From: Christensenellales bacterium | Lineage (GTDB): Bacteria; Bacillota; Clostridia; Christensenellales; CAG-917 | Direction: 5' to 3' | DNA: 64,000 nt | NCBI GenBank assembly: GCA_045130665.1 | Contig: JBGUQC010000004.1 | Location: 507,217 to 571,216, forward strand | In this document: in pieces, positions 25,668 through 34,435 of the stretch | Layout of the letters: every line of letters starts with the position of its first letter | Position numbering within the stretch: the stretch's first letter is position 1 | The notes under the pieces: model-generated | What the model was told of the DNA's origin: nothing | The model's database searches: none | The model's input: the letters and a program-made list of their open reading frames with translations, nothing else | Translations under genes and position numbers: made by a program

Positions 25668-28433
25668 ATGTTAAAGCTAATAGACGTCAAAAAAGACTAT
25701 TATGTCGGAGACCAAACTATTCATGCTCTTAAAGGCATTTCACTTAACTTTAGGAAAAATGAATTTGTTGCTATTCTAGGCCAATCAGGATGTGGAAAAA
25801 CCACATTGATGAATATTATTGGCGGCTTAGACAGAATGACAGATGGGGACATCTTAATTAATAATGAATCTACGAAGAACTTCCAAGATAGAGATTGGGA
25901 CGACTATCGTAATACCAAAATTGGTTTCGTTTTCCAAAGTTATAACCTTATACCTCATATTAGCGTATTAGACAACGTAGAATTATCCCTCACAATATCA
26001 GGTATAGGTCGTGAAGAAAGACTGCAACGTTCAAAGCAAGCACTTGAAATGGTTGGACTTGCAAACGAAATTCATAAACGTCCAAATCAATTATCTGGTG
26101 GTCAAATGCAACGTGTTGCAATTGCTAGAGCAATTGTCAATGAACCAGAGATTCTTCTCGCAGATGAACCTACAGGTGCTGTAGATAGCGAAACTTCAAT
26201 CCAATTAATGGATATATTACAAGAAATTGCTAAAACAAGACTTGTAATTATGGTTACTCATAACGAAGAATTAGCCAACACATATGCTACACGTATTGTA
26301 AAAGTATTAGATGGTTTAATGGTTTCAGATAGTAATCCATATGAAGAAAAACCAGTTGAAATGTCTGCTGAGTCAACACCAAAAAAGAAATCTAGAAGAA
26401 AGAAAGCTTCTACCATGTCTTTCTTCACATCGGCTAAACTTGCTTGGAAAAACATCATCACGAAACGTGGTAGAAGTATTTTAACTTCAATTGCTGGGGC
26501 AATTGGTATAATTGCTATATCTTTAATTCTTTCATTAAACAATGGTTTCAGTCAATACATTGAAGAGTTTGAATCACAATCTATGTCCAAATATCCTATT
26601 ACCGTATCATCTGGATCTGATTCTCTTATTGGCACGTTTAGAGATTTCTTAGGTGGAGATGAACTTAACGGAGATTCTCTCAATTATTCTGCAGTTTTAG
26701 ATTTATTCACAGATCAAGATACAGATAGAACCAAATATACAAAAGAACAAAAGATGTTCATTTATAATCAGTTCTCAAAAATGTTTGAAGAAATGTTAAA
26801 TAGCGTTAGAAAAACCAACGACATTTCTAAATTTAAAAAATATTTTGAAGAAAACTTCGATACATCATTAGGCACTTATAAATATGATTACTCCATTAAT
26901 ATGAACATATATAACTATGATGCCGAAGATGAGACATACGATTTAATAAACCCAATATCTGAAAGCGATACTTTCAGTGGTGTCTTAGAAATGCTTCAAG
27001 ATGAAAACACTACTGAGGATGATTATGATGGCATTTCATCATTGTTAGACAAATTCAACTTCTGGGATGAGATGATTAATATGAATGTTATTGCAAATCA
27101 ATATGACATTCTTGCTGGTGCTCTTCCAACTAATATGAATGAAATTGTTCTTGTTTTAGATGAATACAACCAAATTACAGACTTTGATCTCCTTTTATTA
27201 AATGAAATTGCAGTTGTTGATATGCTTTCCGCAATGGGCGATGAACATTACTTTGATGATTATGAAAAGAACTTTGATAGTATCATCGGGCAAGAATTTT
27301 ATATCCTACCAACATCTAAAGCATATGTATATAATGAGATGACTCATAGATATGACAATCTCAAAAAATCTACTCAAGACAAACTTAAAGAAGCTATTAT
27401 AAATGGTGCAATAACAGTTAAAATTAGTGGTATTATCCGTGCAAAAGAAGGCACTAAAGGAAGTATAAATGGTATAGTTGGATACACATCCGAACTAGGC
27501 ACAACAATTATTAAAGATGCAAATGATAGTGCTTATGTTAAAGCTCAAATTGCAGAATATAACTTATATTCTGAAGCAATGACAAAACTTATGAATATTG
27601 TTATGAAACTTCCTGATGGCTTTGATTATAAAACTGCAACGGAAGAACAATTACAAGAATACCTAACAGATGAAGAAATCGAGACACTTAATTATTATAA
27701 AAGTCCAATGCACATGGCTGATTTAATATTAAGCGATGTAACCAATAATCAAACCATAGACGAGAGCAAATACAACACAATTCTTTCTCGTGCAAATTAT
27801 CGTGATCTAGATAAACCAAGTTACATATATATTTATCCAAGTTCAGTTGGGAATAAGGCTAAAATTAGTTCATTTATTGAAGACTTTAATTCAAATCAAG
27901 CAGCTGAAGAAGAACGTATAGATAAAGAACGTGAAGATGCTGGCGAAGACCCAACAGATGTTACATATGTTATAACATATTCGGATGATTTAGATTCGGC
28001 AGTTACCGAATTAACAACACTGTCCAATACTATAACATACATACTTATTGCTGTTGCTCTTGTTTCAGTCATAGTAACAATGATTCTTATTGCTATTGTT
28101 ATGTATATATCAGTTCAAGATAGAACAAGAGAGATTGGAATTATGCGTTCTTTAGGTGCAAGAAAGTTAGATATTTCAAACGTATTTAATGTTGAAACAT
28201 TAATTCTTGGTTTAGCATCTGGCTTAATAGGTGTATTATTAGGATTTATTCTAACATATCCAGCCAATGCAATATTGAATGTTACAATTGGTATAGATAG
28301 TATGATGCGAATGGCAATATGGCATCCATTCGTATTAATAGCTGGAGCAATAATTATTACTGTTATTTCTGGTTTAATTCCATCTGTTATAGCAGCAAAA
28401 AAAGACCCAGTAATTGCATTAAGAACTGAATAA
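25668..28433 (+). CDS. Fused ABC ATPase plus FtsX/MacB-type permease with very large extracytoplasmic domain
   Basis: ORF track starts at 25650. I prefer ATG 25668 because AAGAGGGA lies upstream. Walker A GQSGCGKTT, LSGGQ, Walker B LLADEPT. TM1 about residue 280, roughly 500-aa hydrophilic domain, then FtsX-type 3-TM bundle at the C-terminus. Confidence 0.8.
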   Translation: MLKLIDVKKDYYVGDQTIHALKGISLNFRKNEFVAILGQSGCGKTTLMNIIGGLDRMTDGDILINNESTKNFQDRDWDDYRNTKIGFVFQSYNLIPHISVLDNVELSLTISGIGREERLQRSKQALEMVGLANEIHKRPNQLSGGQMQRVAIARAIVNEPEILLADEPTGAVDSETSIQLMDILQEIAKTRLVIMVTHNEELANTYATRIVKVLDGLMVSDSNPYEEKPVEMSAESTPKKKSRRKKASTMSFFTSAKLAWKNIITKRGRSILTSIAGAIGIIAISLILSLNNGFSQYIEEFESQSMSKYPITVSSGSDSLIGTFRDFLGGDELNGDSLNYSAVLDLFTDQDTDRTKYTKEQKMFIYNQFSKMFEEMLNSVRKTNDISKFKKYFEENFDTSLGTYKYDYSINMNIYNYDAEDETYDLINPISESDTFSGVLEMLQDENTTEDDYDGISSLLDKFNFWDEMINMNVIANQYDILAGALPTNMNEIVLVLDEYNQITDFDLLLLNEIAVVDMLSAMGDEHYFDDYEKNFDSIIGQEFYILPTSKAYVYNEMTHRYDNLKKSTQDKLKEAIINGAITVKISGIIRAKEGTKGSINGIVGYTSELGTTIIKDANDSAYVKAQIAEYNLYSEAMTKLMNIVMKLPDGFDYKTATEEQLQEYLTDEEIETLNYYKSPMHMADLILSDVTNNQTIDESKYNTILSRANYRDLDKPSYIYIYPSSVGNKAKISSFIEDFNSNQAAEEERIDKEREDAGEDPTDVTYVITYSDDLDSAVTELTTLSNTITYILIAVALVSVIVTMILIAIVMYISVQDRTREIGIMRSLGARKLDISNVFNVETLILGLASGLIGVLLGFILTYPANAILNVTIGIDSMMRMAIWHPFVLIAGAIIITVISGLIPSVIAAKKDPVIALRTE

Positions 28434-28434
28434 T

Positions 28435-28464
28435 AAAAAAGGAGCGTTTGCTCCTTTTATTTTT
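28435..28464. terminator. Bidirectional terminator (ABC gene / tRNA-Ala)
   Basis: aaaaaa-GGAGC-gttt-GCTCC-ttttattttt. Confidence 0.75.
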
Positions 28465-28470
28465 ACATTT

Positions 28471-28546
28471 TGGTGGAGATAAGGGGATTCGAACCCCTGA
28501 CCTAAGCGTTGCGAACGCTTCGCTCTACCAACTGAGCTATACCCCC
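28471..28546 (-). tRNA. tRNA-Ala (anticodon CGC), CCA encoded
   Basis: Reverse complement is GGGGGTATAGCTCAGTTGGTAGAGCGAAGCGTTCGCAACGCTTAGGTCAGGGGTTCGAATCCCCTTATCTCCACCA. Cloverleaf folds, G3:U70 is present, anticodon loop is TTCGCAA. Confidence 0.9.
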
Positions 28547-28590
28547 ACAGCAATATATAGTATATATATTCAGAGAGTATTTATCAAATA

Positions 28591-29133
28591 CTATTCTTCT
28601 TTTATAAACTTAGTTCCTTTAGCTGTAACTAAGCCCTCATCAGTCTGTTTTAATAGTAATTTTTGTTTATTATCTTTAGAAGTTAAAATGATATCTCCCG
28701 AAGCATCTATTTTTACAGTACCAAACATAAATTGCTTTCCATTTAATATATGCTCAAATAAACCAGCTTTAATTTTGATTTTATTTTTATCAGAATTTAT
28801 ATACATTCCATCTAAAGATGAAAATGTAATTTCCTTTTCTCTTTCATATTCTTTTCTTTCTTTCATCGATAGATTTTCAATTGTAGCCACACTTTCTTTA
28901 ATAGCTCCGCTATTACTAACAAGTTCTCCGTATCCAGCTATTAACAATCCAACAATATAAGATCCAATTGCTCCAAAAATCAAAACAACGAAAGCCATAC
29001 CAATATATAAATCGATATTATCTTCTATACCAATTATCAATAAAGATAGAAAACCAGCACCTGTTCCAATTAAACCTAAAATAAATACGATATTCGCAAG
29101 CATTTGAATCTTGCCGCCACTGTTTTTAAACAT
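28591..29133 (-). CDS. Membrane protein of unknown function (two TM helices plus small C-terminal soluble domain)
   Basis: The ORF-track start at 29208 lacks an RBS. The internal ATG at 29133 is preceded by GGGAGA (MFKNSGGKIQMLANIVFILG...). Confidence 0.5.
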   Translation of the reverse strand: MFKNSGGKIQMLANIVFILGLIGTGAGFLSLLIIGIEDNIDLYIGMAFVVLIFGAIGSYIVGLLIAGYGELVSNSGAIKESVATIENLSMKERKEYEREKEITFSSLDGMYINSDKNKIKIKAGLFEHILNGKQFMFGTVKIDASGDIILTSKDNKQKLLLKQTDEGLVTAKGTKFIKEE

Positions 29134-29302
29134 AATTAATTCTCCCAAATTTTTATATTTCAATTCTATTTTTACAAAGAATGTTTTGTCAATGTTGGTT
29201 TTTTTCACAATGAAAAATATACACTCTACAAACTTTGTCTATTGTATTAGTAATCTATTTTTGCTAATATTTTAATGATATTTATTATTTAGAGGGAAAT
29301 TT

Positions 29303-31048
29303 ATGGCAAAAGCAAAAAAAGTTTTAACTGAGCAAGAATTACGAGACCACGTTCCTGGTAAAGAAAAAGTTTTTTATGGCTTGGGCGCTTTAATGGATGG
29401 TGGCGGTGTTGCACTTATGTCTTGTGTAATGCTTAAATATATGACCACTTTCGGTATCGCTATGGCTATGGCATCCACAATCATGATGATTGCAAAAATT
29501 TGGGATGCTATTACAGACCCATTGATGGGATTCATTTCAGATAACGCAAGATTGAAATGGGGACGTAGAAAACCATTCATAGTTGCTGGTGGTATTGCAT
29601 TAATTATTGCAATGACATTATTGTTCGCACCTGTATCGGGCGATATTAGTACACCTGCATTCACTGCCTATGTTTTAATCTTCTATATTGTATGGAATAC
29701 AGCATCTACATTATCTCAAGTTCCATACACTTCACTATCTTCAGATATTTCACCTTCTTTCAAAGAAAGAAACAATGCAAATACAGTTAAGTTAGTATTC
29801 AGTGCTTTAGCATCTGGTATCGCTTACGTAGTACCTCTTGTATTAATTGAAGCATTAACAAATAAAGATGGTTACTTAGGTATATTCCCACACATCTCAC
29901 CGGTTGTATTCTGGATTTTGATGGTTGCAATATTTGGTACATTATTTGGTGGCGGTCTTATCCTTTGTGGTATCTTCACTAAAGAAAGAATTAAACCAAC
30001 AACACCAAAAACAAAATTCAATTTCAAGATTTTCATTAACAACTATGTTGAGCCATATAAGAATAAATCATATCGCTGGCACATCGTTATGTACGTAACA
30101 GCATTTATGTGTATGGATATGATTTCTGCTTTAGCAGTATATTATGCAACAGACGTATGGCATGGATATACATTATTCGGTATGAATATGTCTTCTATGT
30201 TCATCGTTGCACCATTAATGGTAGCAGCTGTTGTTATGTTCCCTCTCGCAAGAGTTTTAATGGATAAAAAAAGTAAGCAATTTGCTTTCCGTATGGGATT
30301 ACCATTCTATATCATTGGCGGTATTATGATGGCAGTTATGGATCCAACTTGGGCACCTCCTATTTTAGTTCCAATTGTTGCATTCATGATGGGTCTTGGA
30401 TTCGGTGGAGCACAAATGATGCCATGGATTATATTCCCAGATACAGTTGACGTTGCAGAAATGGCAACAGGCGAAAGACCAACAGGTACCTACTCTGGTA
30501 TGATGACTCTTGCACGTAAAATTGCTGGCGCATTAGCAGTTGGTTCTGTAGGTTGGATTATTGGTGGTGCTGGATATATCGAAAACACAACAAACGATCC
30601 AAAATGGTATCCAGTAGATGGACAACCTGCTAGTGCATTATTAGCAATTCGTTTAGTTATTGGTATTGGTATAGCTCTCTTAATCAGTATTGCTTTCATT
30701 GCTTCATTCTTATATAGAGTTAATAACAAGAAACTTGCTCGTGCTCGTTACTTCATTGAATCAAGACGTAATGGAACTCAACTTTCAGATGAAGAAGAAC
30801 AAGAAAGAACAGATCTTGTACATGAATTATATGGCAAGAAAGACCCTGGCGGTGTTCCTCCAGAAGGTTTCATAACAGATGAAGCTATTTCTCAAGCAGA
30901 ACAAGATATAGCTGAAGCAGATGAAATAATTGCAAAGGCTGAAGCACAAAAAGAGGCTGCTGAAGAAGTCTTACTAACTGCAGAAACATCTCAAGCAGAA
31001 CATATTCAAATTGAAAAGAATAAAGCTGACGATAAAACTGAGGATTAA
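29303..31048 (+). CDS. GPH-family glycoside/cation symporter with about 110-aa acidic C-terminal tail
   Basis: 581 aa. KIWDAITDPLMGFISDN...WGRRKPF signature of the glycoside-pentoside-hexuronide family, 12 TM helices. Confidence 0.8.
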   Translation: MAKAKKVLTEQELRDHVPGKEKVFYGLGALMDGGGVALMSCVMLKYMTTFGIAMAMASTIMMIAKIWDAITDPLMGFISDNARLKWGRRKPFIVAGGIALIIAMTLLFAPVSGDISTPAFTAYVLIFYIVWNTASTLSQVPYTSLSSDISPSFKERNNANTVKLVFSALASGIAYVVPLVLIEALTNKDGYLGIFPHISPVVFWILMVAIFGTLFGGGLILCGIFTKERIKPTTPKTKFNFKIFINNYVEPYKNKSYRWHIVMYVTAFMCMDMISALAVYYATDVWHGYTLFGMNMSSMFIVAPLMVAAVVMFPLARVLMDKKSKQFAFRMGLPFYIIGGIMMAVMDPTWAPPILVPIVAFMMGLGFGGAQMMPWIIFPDTVDVAEMATGERPTGTYSGMMTLARKIAGALAVGSVGWIIGGAGYIENTTNDPKWYPVDGQPASALLAIRLVIGIGIALLISIAFIASFLYRVNNKKLARARYFIESRRNGTQLSDEEEQERTDLVHELYGKKDPGGVPPEGFITDEAISQAEQDIAEADEIIAKAEAQKEAAEEVLLTAETSQAEHIQIEKNKADDKTED

Positions 31049-31050
31049 TT

Positions 31051-32058
31051 ATGGAAAAACTAACATCCCTTCAAATGCAAGAGGGTAAACCATATAGAAT
31101 CTTGCAATTAACAGATATTCATCTTGGTGGTAGTATTTGGACTAAAAAATCTGACAAGATGACCTTGGATGCAGTTAAGACAATTATAGATGAGGCAAAA
31201 CCAGATTTTATAGCTGTAACTGGAGATGTTGCTTATCCTATATTCTTCTGGCCAGCCCCAATCTTTGGTTGTTCTATAAACAACCTAAAGACATCTAAAA
31301 AACTTACGGATTTAATCGAAAGTTATAATATTCCTTGGGCAATGGTATTTGGTAACCATGATTGTGAAACATGGTCTAAATATAACAAGGATGAAATGGC
31401 AGATTTCTATGAGTCTCTTCCAAATTGTGTTTTCCAAAAAGGAGAATATAAAGGAACAGATAGAGGCAATTACTGTATCAAGTTGTTAAATGCAGATGGA
31501 TCCTTAAATAATCTATTGATGTTCATAGATTCAAATGCTTATTTAACAAAGTACTTCACTAGTGGTTTTGACACAATTCATGATGACCAAATTGAATGGT
31601 ACAAAGAAACTGTTATTAAAAACTCTCCTGAAGGCACCATAGCCCCTTCTCTTGCATTCTTCCATATTCCACCAAAGGAATTTAAGGATGCATTCGAAAA
31701 GTTCTATAGGGGCGATAAGAGCGTTATATACCATTGTGGCTTTGCTCAAGAAAAAGATAACTACTTTGGATATCCAAAGGATATCGAGGGACATTTCTTT
31801 GAGGAAATGGTTAAGTTCGGTTCATGTAAAGGAATGTTCTTTGGCCATGATCATCTAAATACTATTTCTTTAACTTATAAAGGAATACAATTAACATATG
31901 GTATGTCCATAGACTATCTTGCATACCTTAGAATTAAAAAGAGACATCAACAACGTGGCGGTACAATAATTACAATTAATCCAGATAGTTCATTTAATGT
32001 TGAACTCTTACCACTTGAAGATATCCTTGGAACTTCTTATTACAAAACAAAAATGTAA
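31051..32058 (+). CDS. Calcineurin-like metallophosphoesterase
   Basis: 335 aa. LTDIHLG, VTGDVAYP, VFGNHD, GHDH motifs. Starts 3 nt after the symporter stop. Confidence 0.8.
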   Translation: MEKLTSLQMQEGKPYRILQLTDIHLGGSIWTKKSDKMTLDAVKTIIDEAKPDFIAVTGDVAYPIFFWPAPIFGCSINNLKTSKKLTDLIESYNIPWAMVFGNHDCETWSKYNKDEMADFYESLPNCVFQKGEYKGTDRGNYCIKLLNADGSLNNLLMFIDSNAYLTKYFTSGFDTIHDDQIEWYKETVIKNSPEGTIAPSLAFFHIPPKEFKDAFEKFYRGDKSVIYHCGFAQEKDNYFGYPKDIEGHFFEEMVKFGSCKGMFFGHDHLNTISLTYKGIQLTYGMSIDYLAYLRIKKRHQQRGGTIITINPDSSFNVELLPLEDILGTSYYKTKM

Positions 32059-32072
32059 TCTTTATTAATAAT

Positions 32073-32107
32073 AAAAAAGTGTACCATTTGGTACACTTCT
32101 TTTTTTA
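32073..32107. terminator. Bidirectional terminator
   Basis: aaaaaa-GTGTACCA-tt-TGGTACAC-ttcttttttt. Confidence 0.8.
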
Positions 32108-32117
32108 TATCTACTTT

Positions 32118-32627
32118 TTATTCTACAAAATATACACTCTTCATAACTTGTGGTGTTAATGGTTTGTCATTGTAGTTTGTTCTAACATTTGCAATCTTGT
32201 CTACAACATCCATACCCTCTATTACTTTTCCAAATGCAGCATATTGTCCATCTAAGAAATTGCAATTCACATGACAAATGAAAAATTGTGATGATGCAGA
32301 GTTGGGATTCATAGCTCTTGCCATAGAAATAACACCTCTTTGGTGCGAAATATTATTGTTTACACCATTAATCTTAAATTCACCTTTAATTTCTTTATCT
32401 GAACCACCGATTCCTGTTCCTAAAGGATCGCCACCTTGTATCATAAAGTCTTTGATAACTCTATGGAAAATAAGACCATCATAGAATTTCTTAGAAACTA
32501 GCTCTTTGAAGTTTTGAACTGTAATCGGAGCATTACCTGCATTATCTAATTCAACAACGATAATGCCACCATCTTCCATTTCTATTGCAACCTTGTCTGT
32601 AATCTTTTCTGTCTTAGTATAATTCAT
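32118..32627 (-). CDS. Cyclophilin-type peptidyl-prolyl cis-trans isomerase
   Basis: 169 aa. FHRVIKDFMIQGGDP and SQFFI motifs. Confidence 0.9.
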   Translation of the reverse strand: MNYTKTEKITDKVAIEMEDGGIIVVELDNAGNAPITVQNFKELVSKKFYDGLIFHRVIKDFMIQGGDPLGTGIGGSDKEIKGEFKINGVNNNISHQRGVISMARAMNPNSASSQFFICHVNCNFLDGQYAAFGKVIEGMDVVDKIANVRTNYNDKPLTPQVMKSVYFVE

Positions 32628-32691
32628 TTTTTATCTCCATTATTCAGTATTTCTCAATTTTATTCGTAAATATCTTAAAAATATTCATTTT

Positions 32692-33171
32692 CTATACATT
32701 TAGTGTATCTACCCACTCTTTGATCTTTTCTTGAGATGGGCGTTTGTTTAAAATTGCGCCTTCAATTATCTTTGTGGATGGATCTACACTATCTTTTAAA
32801 TATTGAATAGTCTTGCCAAAGCCACTTCCGCCAGATGTTGCAAATAAAACAATAGTCTTACCAGCAAAATCGTATGCTTCTAAAAATGTATTAATAATAG
32901 TTGGAGCAATATACCACCAAATTGGGAATCCTACAAATATAACATCATAATCTTGAATATTTGCATTCGTATCTGCAATTTCAGGTCTAGATGCCTTATT
33001 CTTCATTTCAACACTGCTTCTAGATCTTGGATTCATCCAATTTAAATCTGGCTTTGTATATCTAACTGCTGGAGCAATTTCATATAAATCTGAACTAGTC
33101 ACTTCTGCGAGGTCTCTTGCAACTTTTTCTGTTACGCCACTTGCACTAAAATATGCAACTAATTTTTTCAT
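32692..33171 (-). CDS. Flavodoxin
   Basis: Start moved to ATG 33171 (GAGGTG RBS). MKKLVAYFSASGVTEKVA..., FVGFPIWW, ATSGGSG. Confidence 0.8.
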   Translation of the reverse strand: MKKLVAYFSASGVTEKVARDLAEVTSSDLYEIAPAVRYTKPDLNWMNPRSRSSVEMKNKASRPEIADTNANIQDYDVIFVGFPIWWYIAPTIINTFLEAYDFAGKTIVLFATSGGSGFGKTIQYLKDSVDPSTKIIEGAILNKRPSQEKIKEWVDTLNV

Positions 33172-33221
33172 AATACACCTCATTATTCGTTAATAAACAT
33201 ATTATAACATTTTTTATTCTA

Positions 33222-33260
33222 TAAAAAAAGACTGCTATTTCCGTGAGGATTTAGCAGTCT
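33222..33260 (-). terminator. Rho-independent terminator after mscS
   Basis: agactgcta/tagcagtct 9-bp stem. A T-run follows on the minus strand. Confidence 0.8.
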
Positions 33261-33299
33261 TAACGACTTTATTATTAAAGATGAATGTTTAATAGAATA

Positions 33300-34415
33300 T
33301 TATAGTGTTTGGTTAGATTGATCCATATCTTTGGATAATTCTTTTTGTTCTGCAACGAATTGTTCAGCTTCCTTCTTAATCTTGTTTGTTGCCTTATATT
33401 CTGTTGGCTTGAAGTTGGAAATAACAACTTGGTTGAATGAGAGGTCAATGCCTGCTTCTCTAAATACTCTACGATATTCTCTTAATAAGTCTCTTTGTAC
33501 TTGATATCTGTCTTCTTCTTGACACTTTGCAACAATCTTTACTGCAACGTTTGAATCACCATAACCGGATACACCTTTGTAGTATGGTCCTTCCATAATT
33601 GCTGGAATCTTCTCTCTGAAGTCATCAAAGTTATCTTTTAATAATCCTTCAATTACTTCAATTGGTACATCATATGGGAATTCGCAGTCTACGATAGCTA
33701 GAGATAATTCTCTAGACATGTTAATAACATTAGAAATATCTGAGTTGTTGATAATCTTAATGTTTCCTGCTGCATCTAAAATCTTTGTAGAACGAATACC
33801 AATTTCTGTAACAGTTCCTCTGAAATCTCCGACTGTAATGATTTCACCAACGTTGTATTCGTTTTCAAATACTAAGAACATACCTGCAACAATGTCTGCA
33901 ATTAAGCTTTGACATCCTAAGCCTATGACTAACGTTAAGATACCAACGGATGCGAATATTGCTGTTGCATTCACTCCTAACGCCTCTAACACCAAGATGA
34001 TTATTGCAAGGGCTGCTGCATATTTAACAAGGCCATCTATTAAAGTTAAGATTGTTTGTGCTCTATGAGATTTCTCCATAATCTTTTTAAAGATTAATCT
34101 TACTAAAATGCATACAACTAAAACTATAACAATATAGACTAAACTCTTTACCAAAACTGGAAGATGTGTCATAAACTTGGCGCCTGCCTCTTCTGTATTC
34201 CAGACATTATCTTTTACCCATCCACCTAAAGGTGTAGCTGGTGCTAAAACTTCTAATAGAATTAATGCGATGAATACTAATAAGACTACTGCGCAAACAC
34301 AGATTTCAACTATAATTGCTATCTTCTTATTCTTCTTTTTCTTTTCTTCTTTTTGTTGATCTTCGACTTTCTTGTCGAGTTCTTGACTTACTTCGTTTGC
34401 CATTTTTTCATTCAT
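33300..34415 (-). CDS. MscS-family mechanosensitive channel
   Basis: 371 aa. TM3/beta-domain signature GEIITVGDFRGTVTEIGIRSTKILDAAGNIKIINNS. Confidence 0.85.
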   Translation of the reverse strand: MNEKMANEVSQELDKKVEDQQKEEKKKKNKKIAIIVEICVCAVVLLVFIALILLEVLAPATPLGGWVKDNVWNTEEAGAKFMTHLPVLVKSLVYIVIVLVVCILVRLIFKKIMEKSHRAQTILTLIDGLVKYAAALAIIILVLEALGVNATAIFASVGILTLVIGLGCQSLIADIVAGMFLVFENEYNVGEIITVGDFRGTVTEIGIRSTKILDAAGNIKIINNSDISNVINMSRELSLAIVDCEFPYDVPIEVIEGLLKDNFDDFREKIPAIMEGPYYKGVSGYGDSNVAVKIVAKCQEEDRYQVQRDLLREYRRVFREAGIDLSFNQVVISNFKPTEYKATNKIKKEAEQFVAEQKELSKDMDQSNQTL

Positions 34416-34435
34416 CCTTTTTCTTTATTTATATT

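Noticed and set aside
28448-28960. 170-aa plus-strand ORF, and the 70-aa ORF at 52666..52878
   Set aside because: Each runs straight through a tRNA-Ala gene, and the first is also antisense to a membrane-protein gene. These are artefacts.
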